A DNA stretch of 64,000 nt, from positions 48,174,001 to 48,238,000 of the forward strand of contig OX597829.1 in assembly GCA_951406725.2 (NCBI GenBank), in the 5' to 3' direction. A model generated the notes under the pieces. The model ran no database searches. It was not told the origin of the DNA and was given only the letters and a program-made list of their open reading frames with translations. Below, one piece after another: positions 40,104 through 52,479 of this stretch (position 1 is its first letter; each line of letters opens with the position of its first letter). The stretch comes from Octopus vulgaris. Its lineage: Eukaryota. The translations under genes were made by a program, and so were the position numbers.

Positions 40104-40715
40104 AGCGGCGAGCTGGCAGAATCGTTAGCACGCCGGGCGAAATGCATAGCAGTATTTCATCTGCTGTTATGTTCTGAGTTCAAATTCCCCCGAGGTCGAC
40201 TTTGCCTTTCATCCTTTCGGAGTCGATTAAATAAGTACCAGTTACGCACTGGGGTCGATGTAATCGACTTAACCCGTTTTGTCTGTCCTCGTTTGTCCCC
40301 TCAGTGTTTAGCCCCTTGTGGGTAGTAAAGAAATAGGTATTTCGTCTGTCGTTAGGTTCTGAGTTCAAATTCCGCCGAGGTCGACTTTGCCTTTCATCCC
40401 TTTCGGGGTCGATTAAATTAAGTACCAGTTACGCACTGGGGTCGACGTAATCGACTTAATACCTATGTCTGTCCTCGTTTGTCCTCTCTGTGTTTAGCCC
40501 CTTGTGGGTAATAAAGAAATAGAAATAGGTATTTCGTTTGCCTTTACGTTCTGAGTTCAAATTCTGCTGAGTTCGACTTTGCCTTTCATCCTTTTGGGGG
40601 TTGATTAAATAAGTACCAGTTTCGCACTGGGTCGATGTAATCGACTTAATCCGTTTGTCTGTCCTCGTTTGTCCCCTCTGTGTTTAGCCCCTTGTGGGTA
40701 GTAAAGAAATAGGTA
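40104..40715 (+). mobile_element. SINE C tandem trimer
   Basis: One head followed by three ~190-bp body units, each ending taaagaaatag. Confidence 0.9.
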
Positions 40716-40788
40716 TCATGTATGTGTATGTGTGTATGCATGTATTTATGGGTAAGTGTGTGCATACAGACACTTACAAGTATATACA

Positions 40789-40835
<47 letters not shown>

Positions 40836-40844
40836 ACTATTATG

Positions 40845-41090
40845 ACCATTGTCATTTAACATTTGCCTTCTGTGCTGGCCTGGGTCGGATGGTTTGACAG
40901 GAACTGGCCAGGCAGGAGCCTGCTCCAGACTTCTGTGTCTGTTTTGGCATAGTTTTTACAGCTGGATGCTCTTCCTAACACCAACCACCTAGCAGAATGG
41001 ACAGAATGCTTTTTATGTGGCACAAGTGCAGGCGAGGTCACATCTGGGATGGTTTTTACTGCTGGATGCCCTTCCTAACACCAACCTCCC
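40845..41090 (-). mobile_element. Family A repeat, diverged
   Basis: Core present twice. Confidence 0.7.
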
Positions 41091-41268
41091 ATCTGTCCAA
41101 CCATCTGTTCATTTGTCTGTCCAGTTGTCCATCCATTTATCCATCCGTATATTATATGCACAATATAAAACCTAAAAGGAACAATTTAATCATCACTAAT
41201 TGTGACTGGGGGTGTTGAATAGTATCCATATTGTTAGAAATAAGAGTTAAAACCCTTAAAGCAGCATG

Positions 41269-41301
<33 letters not shown>

Positions 41302-41304
41302 CTA

Positions 41305-41510
41305 TATCTGTAAATGTAATATGTGACAATTATTCAGTAACCATGATAAAACTCCGAGTTTTGGATGCCGAGGTGGAAATCCACGTCGCCATCTCTTCAG
41401 TTATCCGGCCATTGGATAAGAGATGGCGGCGTGGATTTCCACCTCGGCATCCAAAACTCGGAGTTTTATCATGGCTACTGAATAATTGTCACATATTACA
41501 TTTACAGATA
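41305..41510. repeat. Near-perfect palindrome, 93-bp arms and 20-bp spacer
   Basis: 41305-41397 versus 41418-41510, 2 mismatches by eye. Confidence 0.95.
41345..41405 (-). ncRNA. Type I hammerhead-like motif, G12>A
   Basis: gataa-CTGAAGA-gatg...catc-c-AAAAC-tcgga-GTT-ttatc; perfect helix I, long helix II, helix III ACTC-G-GAGT. Confidence 0.55.
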
Positions 41511-41564
41511 AATTCTTCTATTTACATAGTATCAAGGTCTCTTTCATTCTTTTGTTGTCTTACC

Positions 41565-41601
<37 letters not shown>

Positions 41602-42008
41602 AATTAAAATTCAGTAAATGGAGAAGTACCATTAATATGATTTAATTTAATATTACTATTCACAAAAAAAAAATATTAGGTAATGAACCAGTAATTCATT
41701 GGATAATTTTATCCATTAAGGAGGCTAATTTAACCTCTGTTTAAATAAATAAATATATAGGGACTCCCATTGGCCAAAAAAAAAAAAAAAAAAGAAAAAA
41801 CGAAATTCTACCACAACCACTACGACTGCCCCAACTCGCACTACTACTACAACCACCGTGGTCACTGTTGCTACGGCCACAGTGAGAGAATTATAATAAT
41901 GGAGATGGGGCGAATTACGATTTCTCAGATCCTTAAACAGTCACTCACGCTGACAGTGATATGTCTTAGGGAAGGAAAAGTTTATAAAAAGATCTCTTTC
42001 TCTGCGAG

Positions 42009-42309
42009 CAGATCTAATTCTGATTCGCCAAAAGATTGATGACGTGTTACCTCAGTGGTCAAGCTATTGTCACCCTGCTTGGTCGGTTTCCTCACACGAT
42101 ACAGCTATGGGTCAGACCCGATTCTGATTCGTCAAAACATTGATGACGTCTTTCTTCCGCGGTCAAACTACTCGTTCTGCTGGACTAGCCACCTAACAGG
42201 ATACAGTCATGGGTCAGATCTAATTTCGATTCGTCAAAAAAATGATGACGTGTTTCTTCCGTGGCCAAACTGTCGTTCCGCTTGGTTGGTTTCCTAACAG
42301 GATACAGTT
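42009..42309. repeat. Diverged tandem repeat, three units of ~102 bp
   Basis: Units start at ~42009, 42113 and 42215; each has gattcg..aaaa..tgatgacgt..gatacag. Confidence 0.85.
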
Positions 42310-42534
42310 AGGAGTCTTTTCACTATATTCGTTGAGGCTGGGTTTTGATTGGTTTGGAACTATATGACATCAGTGAACAGTGCAAGTGACCACAGCTTAG
42401 CTGAGCTGATATAAATCCAACAATCACAAAATTTACCAAAATTATGCGAGCAGACACCGACCAAAAATCATTACTGTTGCTCCCATTGGAACACAAGGTA
42501 AAATCTATAATGAACTCCTCGCCTTTTCAAGAAC

Positions 42535-42768
42535 ATGAATTTTTTATATTTGACTCTATTGAATGTATGTCACAATTATGAACTATTACATCATACTCTT
42601 TAAACATATAGCATGGACTCTCTTTATTATATATGAATTTTTTATATTTGACTCTATTGAATATTATATATGAATTTTTTATATTTGACTCTATTGAATA
42701 TATGTCACAATTATGAACTATTACATCATACTCTTTAAACATATAGCATGGACTCTCTTTATTATATA
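42535..42768. repeat. Tandem duplication of ~97 bp with a partial middle copy
   Basis: atgaattttttatatttgactctattgaat starts three times. Confidence 0.9.
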
Positions 42769-42864
42769 TAAAAAAACTTTTTGATAAGGTTCGTCATTTC
42801 AAGAACTGAAACATGTTAAATTAAAATTTGTCTAATATAGCAGCATTTTCAAACTTCATTTTTT

Positions 42865-42926
<62 letters not shown>

Positions 42927-42944
42927 GTAGATTTATATTTATAT

Positions 42945-43227
42945 ATCATCATCATCATCATCATCGTTTAGCGTCCGTTTTCCATGCTAGCATGGGTTGG
43001 ACGGTTCAACTGGGGTCTGGGGAGCCCGAAGGCTGCACCAGGCCAGTCAGATCTGGCAGTGTTTCTACAGCTGGATGCCCTTCCTAACGCCAACCACTCC
43101 GAGAGTGTAGTGGGTGATTTTATGTGCCACCGACACAGGTGCCAGACGAGGCTGGCGAACGGCCACGCTCGGATGGTGTTTTTATGTGCCACGGACACAG
43201 GTGCCAGACGAGGCTGGCAGACGGCCA

Positions 43228-43230
<3 letters not shown>
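42945..43230 (-). mobile_element. Family A repeat with duplicated internal unit
   Basis: gacacaggtgccagacgaggctggc occurs twice. Confidence 0.9.
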
Positions 43231-43288
<58 letters not shown>

Positions 43289-43290
43289 AC

Positions 43291-43592
43291 GTGGAGGCGA
43301 AATGGCCCAGTGGTTAGGGCAGTGAACTTGTGGTTGTAGGATTGCGGTTTTGATTCCCAGACCGGGCGTTGTGAGTGTTTATTGAGTGAAAACACCTAAA
43401 GCTCCACGAGGCTCCGGCAGTTTTTGGTGGCGATACCTGATGTACTCTTTCACCACAACTTTCCCCCACTCTTGCTTCTGTTGGCCTGCTCGCTTAGCCA
43501 GCGGGGTGGCATCATTTGAAGGCTAAACAATGCGATGTGCATTGTGACTAGCAATGTGTAGCAACATCTGATAGCCTGGTCGGTCATGGTGA
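43291..43592 (+). mobile_element. SINE family D
   Basis: Matches 11740-12035. Confidence 0.85.
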
Positions 43593-43670
43593 TATATATA
43601 TATATATATACACACACACAATGACAGTGGAGATAACCACATATGAGTAAAGATGAAAAACCACTAGACT

Positions 43671-43716
43671 ACACTAGACTGGTTTCCTCCTTTAATCACA
43701 AACTCGTTAGCAGTGT
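43671..43716 (-). ncRNA. Decayed type I hammerhead-like motif
   Basis: acactg-CTAACGA-...-GAAAC-ca-GTC-tagtgt; 6-bp helix I, G5>A, helix III ACCAGT (probably ACCGGT), weak helix II. Confidence 0.45.
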
Positions 43717-44069
43717 CAATCCTCATTACTCAGATGGTTCAGCTAAAGACCTCTCTCACTATATATATTTACGCTACAAATTTATGGCTGATATAGCAAA
43801 ATGATAACGCACATACAAAAACTTAATATAAGCAGCTACACGAGGCATTACAAGACTAATAACCTGGGGTAGAACTCAGTATATGTATGTTTCAGAACGA
43901 AGTGTTAGCCGAGCAGAGAACAGTAATAAGAAAGGGAGATAACAAAGAATAAATTATTATTCTGTGAACTTCTTATAAGTATCTGTATTGAATTTTTCAT
44001 TGTTGATGCCATTCTTTTTTAGGACAAAAAATGTAATTCTTTACCAAATAAAGTGAACTTCACATTGAA

Positions 44070-44150
44070 GGCTCTGATGAAGCTATAAGATGTTATTCAG
44101 GTATTCAACTATGAGTCCACTGCTTCTTATAGAAGAAACAGTTGTAAGCT
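44070..44150 (+). ncRNA. Type I hammerhead ribozyme motif with long helix II
   Basis: ggct-CTGATGA-ag-ctataaga...tcttatag-aa-GAAAC-agtt-GTA-agct; same architecture as 33965. Confidence 0.65.
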
Positions 44151-44227
44151 AATGAAGGTTCATAAGATAATTATTTATTCCTTTGTTACCTCTCTTTCTT
44201 AAATATGTGTGTGTATGTATATATTGT

Positions 44228-44880
44228 TGTGCTTGTGTACTGACATTGCTTCTCTACTCATGTGAGACATGGCTCTGTACAAACGTCAGGTAAGGGTCCT
44301 TGAACGTTTTCATCAGAGATGTCTCAGACACATTCTCAATGTTGGCTGGACCTCAAAAATTCCAGACACACAGATCCTGAGGACAGCTGATATCTTGAGT
44401 ATTGAGGCGGTGGTGCACAAGCTCCGGTTGCGTTGAACTGGACACCTTATTAGAATGGAGGATAGAAGGATTCCTAAGCAGTTGCTCTATGGAGAACTTG
44501 TGAATGGAAGGAGACTCTGGCAGAAACCAAGGCTGCGATTTAAGGACTGCGTTAAAGGTCTTTGATATGCAGGACACTGACTGGGAGAACAATGCCTGTC
44601 ATCGCCACAGATGGAGGAAGCAGGTTAAGGAGGGGATTGACACTTTTGAGAGAGCACGTATCCAGCATGAAGAACTTAAGCGTGCTGCGCGAAAGCGCAC
44701 GGCTCGTATAGTGAATGGGGAAAGCTTGGTCTGCAATGTTTGCAGTCATGTATGCTTGTCAAGAACAAGGCTCATTAGCCACCATCGGATCCGCAAATGC
44801 AAAATATAAGTTAGTCCTAAAGTGCATAATGTTCCTGAAGGTCGGCAATGGTCTTCCTCGCACACGAGTGGACGGCCATC
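44228..44880 (+). mobile_element. RTE (BovB-like) LINE 3' fragment
   Basis: LLYSCETW..LERFHQRCLRHIL..RLR*TGHLIRMEDRRIPKQLLYGEL..KPRLRFKD, with terminal CxxC..H zinc-finger-like motif. Confidence 0.9.
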
Positions 44881-44884
44881 ATTG

Positions 44885-45260
44885 TTGTGGTTACAACAAT
44901 GAGGGTTCCAGTTGATCAGATCAATGGAACAACCTGCTCATGAAATTAACATGCAAGTGGCTGAGCACTCCACAGACACATGTACCCCTTAATGTAGTTC
45001 TCAGAGAGATTCAGCATGACACACAGTGTGACAAGGCTGGCCCTTTGAAAAACAGCAGAAACAGGAAGAAAGAGCGAGAGAAAGTTGTGGTGAAAGAATG
45101 CAGCAGAGTTCGCCACCAGCCCCTGCTGGAGCTTTGTGGAGCTTTGTGAACTTTAGGTGTTTTTGCTCAATAAACACTCACAACGACTGGTCTGAGAATG
45201 AAAACCACGATCCTATGACTACAAGTCTGTTGCCCTAACCACTGGGCCATTGCACCTCCA
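44885..45260 (-). mobile_element. SINE with a family D head and a different 3' part
   Basis: Minus strand ggaggtgcaatggcccagtggttagggcag head at ~45260. Confidence 0.7.
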
Positions 45261-45286
45261 CTATATATATATATATATATATATAT

Positions 45287-46096
45287 ATGGAGGTTATGAC
45301 AGGTAATGGGGTCATTGAGACCCATGGATATGTTAGTATAAAGCTCCGTGATGATAGTAACATTGATCATCAAAGCAGTTTATCATGGATGAATAGCAGG
45401 ATTATTACTTCCCACTTTGAAGGGTATGCGTTTGCAATCCAGGAACAGGAAATATCAACCAAGTACCTGATGCACAAAAGGGATAGAGATGCAGGTAAAG
45501 CCATAAAGTATGACAACCGATGCAGACTTTGTGGAATTCACACTGAATATATATCACCCACATCATAGGCAGCTGTTCAAAAGTGTCATCACGGTATTAT
45601 CTAGGGATGAGACATGATGTTGTAGCTAGAACACTATAATGAAATCTGTCAGAAGGATAATCCTGAAGATAAAGAAATAAAAACCCATAGTATGGTAGAA
45701 GCCATAGCCACTCATAATAAAAAGGAATACTGGTGGAATGTTCCAGTGAAGACCTCGGTAAAATGTAAGCACAACAGACCTGATAATGATTGAGAAAAGA
45801 AACTGTGCACAGTTGTGGAAATTAGCTGCCCAGTGGATGTTAACTGAAGATCAGTGAAAAAGAGATCGTCTGTGCTGAATTATTGAGAAATCTGCAGTTA
45901 CTCTATCCAGATTACAAGTTCAGGTTTATACCTGTAATTATTGGAGCCTTGGGATATGTAACACACTGCCTAAATACCAATCTTGAGTAATTAGGCATCT
46001 CAAAACCAGAAAGGAGAAAGTTAATTTGAAGACTACAAATCCAATCCATCACTGGAACTGTAAAAATCTGTAAAATGTTCCAGAGGTTTATCATTT
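45287..46096 (+). mobile_element. R4/Dong-like non-LTR retrotransposon, C-terminal coding part (3' UTR probably to ~47578)
   Basis: HG motif, AIQEQ, CRLC..HIxxxC knuckle, RHD, NRPD..VEISCP restriction-like endonuclease, IPVIIGALG; frameshifted. Confidence 0.85.
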
Positions 46097-46169
46097 AAAT
46101 ATATATGAGCATTTCTAGATATGTAACTATATGCATGAGAATAAATACATAAAACATACAAATCTGCAC

Positions 46170-46181
46170 ATATACATACAT

Positions 46182-46216
<35 letters not shown>

Positions 46217-46344
46217 TACATACATACATACATACATACATACATACATACATACATACATACATACATACATACATACATACATACATACATACATACA
46301 TACATACATACATACATACATACATACATACATACATACATACA

Positions 46345-46378
<34 letters not shown>

Positions 46379-46704
46379 CATACATACATACATAAATACA
46401 TACATACATACATACATACATACATACATACATACATACATACATACATACATACATACATACATACATACATACATACATACATACATACATACATACA
46501 TACATACATACATACATACATACGTACGTACATACATACATACATACATACATACATACACACATACATACATACATACATACATACATACATACATACA
46601 TACATACATACATACATGCATACATACATTCATACATACATACATACATACATACATACATACATACATACATACATACATACATACATACACACATACA
46701 TACA

Positions 46705-46735
<31 letters not shown>

Positions 46736-47428
46736 CATACATACATACATACATACATACATACATACGTACGTACGTACATACATACGTACATACATAC
46801 ATACATACATACATACATACATACATACATACATACATACATACATACATACATACATACATACATACATACATAAATACATACATACATACATACATAC
46901 ATACATACATACATACATACATACATACATACATACATACATACATACATACATACATACATACATACGTACATACATACATACATACATACATACATAC
47001 ATACATACATACATACATACATACATACATACACACATACATACATTCATACATACATGCATACATACATACATACATACATACATACATACATACATAC
47101 ATACATACGTACGTACGTACATACATACGTACATACATACATACATACATACATACATACACATGCATACATACATACATACGTACATACATTCATACAT
47201 ACATACATACATACATACATACATACATACATACATACATACGTACGTATGTACATACATACATACACATACATACATACATACATACATACGTACATAC
47301 ATTCATACATACATACATACACACATACATACGTACGTATATACATACGTACATACATACATACATACGTACGTATGTACATACATACATACATACATAC
47401 ATACATAATACATACATACATACGTAGA

Positions 47429-47460
<32 letters not shown>

Positions 47461-47465
47461 CATAC
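46170..47465. repeat. ~1.3-kb (TACA)n array with TACG/TAAA/TTCA variants
   Basis: Directly visible. Confidence 0.97.
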
Positions 47466-47709
47466 AAACAAGAATACCCTGTTGTTGATGTTGAAATTCC
47501 AATGAAGGCGCCTTGAATCTAGGTTAGAAACCGATTCTTTCTCTACTGGCAAGAAATCTTGAAATAAAACTAAATAATGACATGCATACATGCATGCCTA
47601 AGAAGAGATAAAGGAGGGATGGGCATGAGATCAGTGCAGACAGCCTTTGAATGCTGCATATTCTTTCTCAAGCACCACTTGCTAAAGAACAGCAGCAAAA
47701 ATAAATGCA

Positions 47710-47935
47710 TTAACCCTTTTGTTACCAACCCAGTTGAAACCGGCTCTGGCTCTGAGTACAAATGTCTTGTTTTCATAAGTTTTGAATTAAAACCTTCCAC
47801 CAAACCTTAGTCACAATTTATGTTCCTAACACTAGCTTAATGATAACAAAGTTATTTTACTAAATTCTTAGTTATATTTAAAACTAATTGAAAGAAACAC
47901 AGAGCATCTCAAAATATATACAATAACGAAATGTG
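47710..47935. mobile_element. piggyBac-like MITE
   Basis: ttaacccttttgttacc start; related to 16515; right end degenerate. Confidence 0.45.
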
Positions 47936-48459
47936 AAGAGAACATTAAGCTACATTTCAGCAGCAAATTCCTCATGAACAATTCTCTTCCTGATGACCCC
48001 TAAAACAGCCTCAAATCAGTGGGACTAACATACCTCAAAGAAAACCTGGAAGTGAAATGCTCAGTATACAAGAAAAATAAGAAAGCCTATGCAGGGATAT
48101 GTTTCCCCAAAATTTGAACAAGACAGTCATATTGGCTTTAAATTTTGGCTTTAGGCCAGCATGTTTTGGATAGTGGTAAGTCAATTACAATAACTAGTAC
48201 TTATTTTATTGACCTTGAAAGGGACGAAAGACAAAGTCAACCATGGTGGAATTTGAACTTAGAATGCACAGATGGACAAAATGCTGCCAATCATTTTTCT
48301 CAGCGTGATAATGATTCTGCCAGCTCACTGCCTTAAAGACAGTAATATTGGACGTGAAGCGAAGCCTCTCTTGGACTTGAGACTGCTACATGACATAACA
48401 TCATGTTTCAAAGGCTATGCATTTACATTTTCAGAAAAAGAGATTGTTACTAAAATACC

Positions 48460-48831
48460 TATTTCTTTACTACCCAGAGAGGACAAACAAGGACAGACAA
48501 ACGGATAAGTCGATTATATCAACCCAGTGTGTAACTGGTACTTATTTAATCGACCTCGAAAGGATGAAAGGCAAAGTCGACCTTGGTGGAATTTGAACTC
48601 AGAACGTAGCGGTAGACGAAATACCGCAAAGCATTTCGCCTGGCGTGCTAACGTTTCTGCCAGCTCGCTGCCTTTTTACTTACGACAGGCTTCTTTCAGT
48701 TTCCGTCTACCAAATCCACTGACAAGGCTTTGGTCGGCCCGAGGCTATAGTTGAAGACACTTGCCATGCAGTGGGACTGAACCTAGAACCATGTGGTTGG
48801 TAAGGAAGCTACTTACCACACAGCCACTCCA
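48460..48831 (-). mobile_element. Composite SINE insertion (B head plus C) with TSD
   Basis: Flanked by tactaaaatacctatt on both sides (~48447 and ~48832). Confidence 0.8.
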
Positions 48832-49442
48832 TACTAAAATACCTATTAATCTAAAGATAAAATGAAGTTCTTGGAGCTCCAGGCTGCAACTGTAAATGCA
48901 GATTATGTCATGTTTCTGAGGAAGACATCACACATGTGATTAACAGCTACCCCGAAATATTGTCAAGGTACTAACTACTTTATGGGACATGGCATTGCAA
49001 AAACAATATACAATGCCATCGAGGGTGGGGTGGAGTGGAGTGGAGACTGTCCTTGAATAAATATAGAGAATACCCTTGTTATTGAATACATACACAAACA
49101 TCAACACCACATTCCTATCAAACCATCTGTCAAGTGTAAGTTTAACAGGCCAGATATTGTTGTTTGGGACACACACACACACACACGAACATGTAACATC
49201 ATAGAATAGGGGTTCAGCTGTCCTGCTAATGTGAATGTCTCTTTGAAAATCAAAAGGAAAGAGAATAAGTATGGGCAACTGCTTCGAAACCTCAAGATTC
49301 TATATCCATATTTTAAATTCACATTTATTCCAATAATAATTGGTGCACTTGGTTTTGTAAGAAAAAAAAAATGCCTGACTGACAGTCTGAAAAAGCTTGG
49401 ATTTTCAGGAAAAGATATGAACATAACAAACACAATCTAGGG

Positions 49443-49967
49443 CAGTGGTTCCCAACCTTTGGATCTTTTCGGTTTGAACGGCAGTTTTTAAAAATAATTT
49501 CCACGTAACTAAACAACTAAACACTTTTAAACTTTGTATACTGGTAGAATGTGTTTATAAAACATCTTTTTCTCTTGGCTTTATTGAGAAAATTCTATAG
49601 TTTGTAAGATATTTGTTGTTTTTTTCCCTTCAATTTCTGCAATTTCAACCAATCAATGACGTCTATTGGGGTGAAAACATTCTGTGCCGTATGAATATGT
49701 CCCTCATTTAAGAAACGGATTGGGTTTATTTACATTTCTGAAGAAAAGAGATATCCTTCCCCCACCCCCACCCCTAACCCTAAAACAGATTGAAATGCAA
49801 TAGATTGAAACTAGGGTCATAATTATGAGTGACAATTTCATGACACCGCTAGAAAAAACTGCCGTTCAAACCGAAAAGATCCCAACCTTTTCACTACCAA
49901 GGGCCCCTTTTATTTCAATGAGTTTTATTACAGACCCCTTTTAATATGCTTATCCTTATGTATATAT

Positions 49968-49998
<31 letters not shown>

Positions 49999-50090
49999 AT
50001 ATATATGAAATTTTGAATTTAGTCCACAGACCCCCAATACTACCTTTGCAGACCACCAGGGATCTGCGGACCACAGGTTGGGAATCACTG
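49443..50090. mobile_element. hAT (Charlie-like) MITE
   Basis: TIR cagtggttcccaacc/ggttgggaatcactg; 8-bp TSD atctaggg. Confidence 0.9.
49461..49882. mobile_element. Merlin-like MITE nested in the hAT MITE
   Basis: 24-bp TIR ggatcttttcggtttgaacggcag; 8-bp TSD caaccttt. Confidence 0.85.
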
Positions 50091-50239
50091 ATCTAGGGGA
50101 ACATTAAAAATATGCAAGACTTTTCTTAAGCTTAAAATGTGATGTTTTTGTCGCATCATCATCGCCGTCGCCACCGCCACTGTGGGAGTCGATAAATTAA
50201 GTACCAGTGAAACACTGGGGTTGAACGTGATCGATTTGT

Positions 50240-50652
50240 GGATCTTTTCGGTTTGAACGGCAGTTTTTTCTAGCGGTGTCATATGAAATTGTCACCCATA
50301 ATTATGACCCTAGTATCGATCTATTGCATTTCAATCTGTTTTAGGGTTAGGGTGAGGGGTATGTGTATCTTTTTTCTCTTCAGAAATGTAAATAAACCCA
50401 ATCTGTTTCTTTAACGGGGGACATATTCATTCGGCACAGAATGTTTTCACCTCAATAGACGTCATTGATTGGTTGAAATTGCAGAAATTGAATAAAAAAC
50501 AACAACAAATATCTTACAAACTATAGAATTTTCTCAATAAAGCCAAGAGAAAAAGATGTTTTATAAACACATTCTACCAGTATACGAAGTTTAACAGTGT
50601 TTAGTTACGTGGAAATTATTTAAAAAAACTGCCGTTCAAACAGAAAAGATTC
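50240..50652. mobile_element. Merlin-like MITE in opposite orientation, inside a SINE C-like 3' part
   Basis: Same TIR; TSD cgatttgt/cgattagt. Confidence 0.85.
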
Positions 50653-50729
50653 CGATTAGTCCCTTCCCCAAAAATTTCAGGCCTTGTGCCTTTAGTAGAA
50701 AGTATTATTGTCGTCGTTGTTGCTTCCAT

Positions 50730-52478
50730 ACTGGGAAAATGCACAGGTAGCTGGAGTTCCGTAAGTGTTTCACGAATCGTTTCGGCAGTTTAATATTTTT
50801 CATTCCGTCTAATTATATATTTTCTATTGGAACCTTATTTTGCTAAGATTGTCTTTTTATCCCGGTGGTGGTAAGATTTCTGTGCAGTTTATTACATCCA
50901 CTTTTTTGGAACACGACGGAAGAATGATCGACGGAGGAACAAAGTGGTCCGAGCGGCGTTCTGTTGACCCAGTTTCTATTCCCGAAAGTAGCGACGGCTC
51001 GGAGTTAAAATTCATTTATCGATACAAAGAAATACAATTACGTCTCGTTGCTATGACTGCAGAAAGGAAAAAAAAACCCTGCAAAGATACAAGTCGCGGC
51101 AACGACGATATCAACAACAACAGTAACGACAATGAGAACAGCAACAGAAGTGGTGGCGCAATGGCCCAATGGTTAGGGCAGCGGACTCGCGGCTGGAGGA
51201 TCGCGGTTTCGATTCCCAGACCGGGCGTTGTGTGTGTTTATTGAGCGAAAGCACCTAAAGCTCTACGATGCTCCGGCATGGGGTGGTGGCGACCCCTGTT
51301 GTACTCTTTCGCTCCAACTTTCTCTCACTCTTTCTTCCTGTTTCTTGTCACCGACTTCCTACACAAGCGCTGAGCTTGGATGCGCATTCATCCATCCGTC
51401 GATGCTCTCGAGGACCACGTTTCGGACTTCTCCCATTTTGTGAGCTCTGGGACGAAGACCGTTCGCTCAACAACAACACAAATAGCAGAAATAGCACAAA
51501 TAGTATCAACAATATCAGAAACCCGAAATGTTTCGTCTGTGGAAATACGAATCACTTGAAAGCCTTTTGCTCCACGGGGAAAGCACGAAGTTCTTCACCG
51601 TTGCTACTAACTCCTCAAGTTGTGCACTCTACAGCTAATTCTCATCTACCTCTTATAGGGCGATTAGTAAAGGCATTATGACTGACGATTATTAAAGGCA
51701 TCGTGACATCATGACGGTGAGAATAGCCCTTGAGGCGAAACATGAAGGATGTGTTGTCAGAGCTAAGGCCCGTGCGCTAAAACTGAAGCCGTTTGATGGT
51801 CCTGAACAGAGGAAACATGGCAGCAACAAAACTATGATTGGATCTTTGACAGATCGGGACTGGTACCTGCTACACGGTTCTGAACAGATGTCTGTGACTT
51901 TCCTGCTGCATTTGGAGCAACTGTTTTGGAGAGGGCTATGGGTTGACGACGGGAGCGGACTTTCGTTCATACCTGGACGGCCTGTTGCGGTTCTCGCTAG
52001 TGAACACAAGGTTCTGCGAAAAGCTGATAACGGTCACTAAAATAAGGGCGGTAATGAGTATTCCGAGTGTTTGGTAGCTGAGGTGTGGTGATACTGTTGA
52101 AGAAGGACGCCAACAATGGGGACATACTAGGGAATTTTCGGCCCATAACTCTGCTAAACAATTTAAGATTTTGGTTATGGTGTTAGCGAAAAGGTTGGTG
52201 CTTTTCGCTGGTAGTTTAGTCGGAGAAGCACAGATGTGCACAATCCTAAACAGGTCTATTTGAGACAAGCTCCACCTTATGCAATACAGCATAGAGACTA
52301 AAGCTGGGACTAAAACTGGCTTCGGTAGTGCCCCGATCAATTTGGATCAGTCAAAAGCATTCGATATGGTCAACCAACACTACTTGGAAGCCGTCTTAAA
52401 AACAGTTGGTTTCGGACCTGTTTTCAGAGGCTGGATCGCTGCAATGCATATCGGCAACTGCTCGGTGTGTCAAAAGAA
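50730..52478 (+). mobile_element. Tx1/L1-clade LINE remnant, internally deleted; SINE D head at ~51151-51345
   Basis: ORF1-type CFVCGNTNHLKAFC knuckle; EGCVVRAKAR linker; RT NFRPITLLN..KIL..LAKRL and LDQSKAFD; 5' boundary uncertain. Confidence 0.8.
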
Positions 52479-52479
52479 G

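Larger units (their letters stand above)
47590..50140 (+). mobile_element. Second, older R4/Dong-like copy broken by insertions
   Basis: LRRDKGGMG, FKGYAFTFSEKEIVTK, CRLCHVSEEDITHVI, NRPDIVVWD, SCPANVN..FIPIIIGALG and GTLKICKTF are collinear with the 45287 copy. Confidence 0.8.

Noticed and set aside
42036-42130. C/D-box snoRNA cluster (TGATGA..CTGA)
   Set aside because: No terminal stem, and the D box is not kept in the next unit
47493-47541. Hammerhead-like gaaa..CCAATGA..cct/agg..GAAAC-cga-TTC-tttc in the R4 3' region
   Set aside because: Two core substitutions and irregular helix spacing; unsupported without a family consensus
46033-47591. Long ORFs of up to 425 aa (MYVC/HTYI repeats)
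   Set aside because: Translations of (TACA)n; the same applies to the HT/VC/YI/LS/KKER ORFs throughout the window
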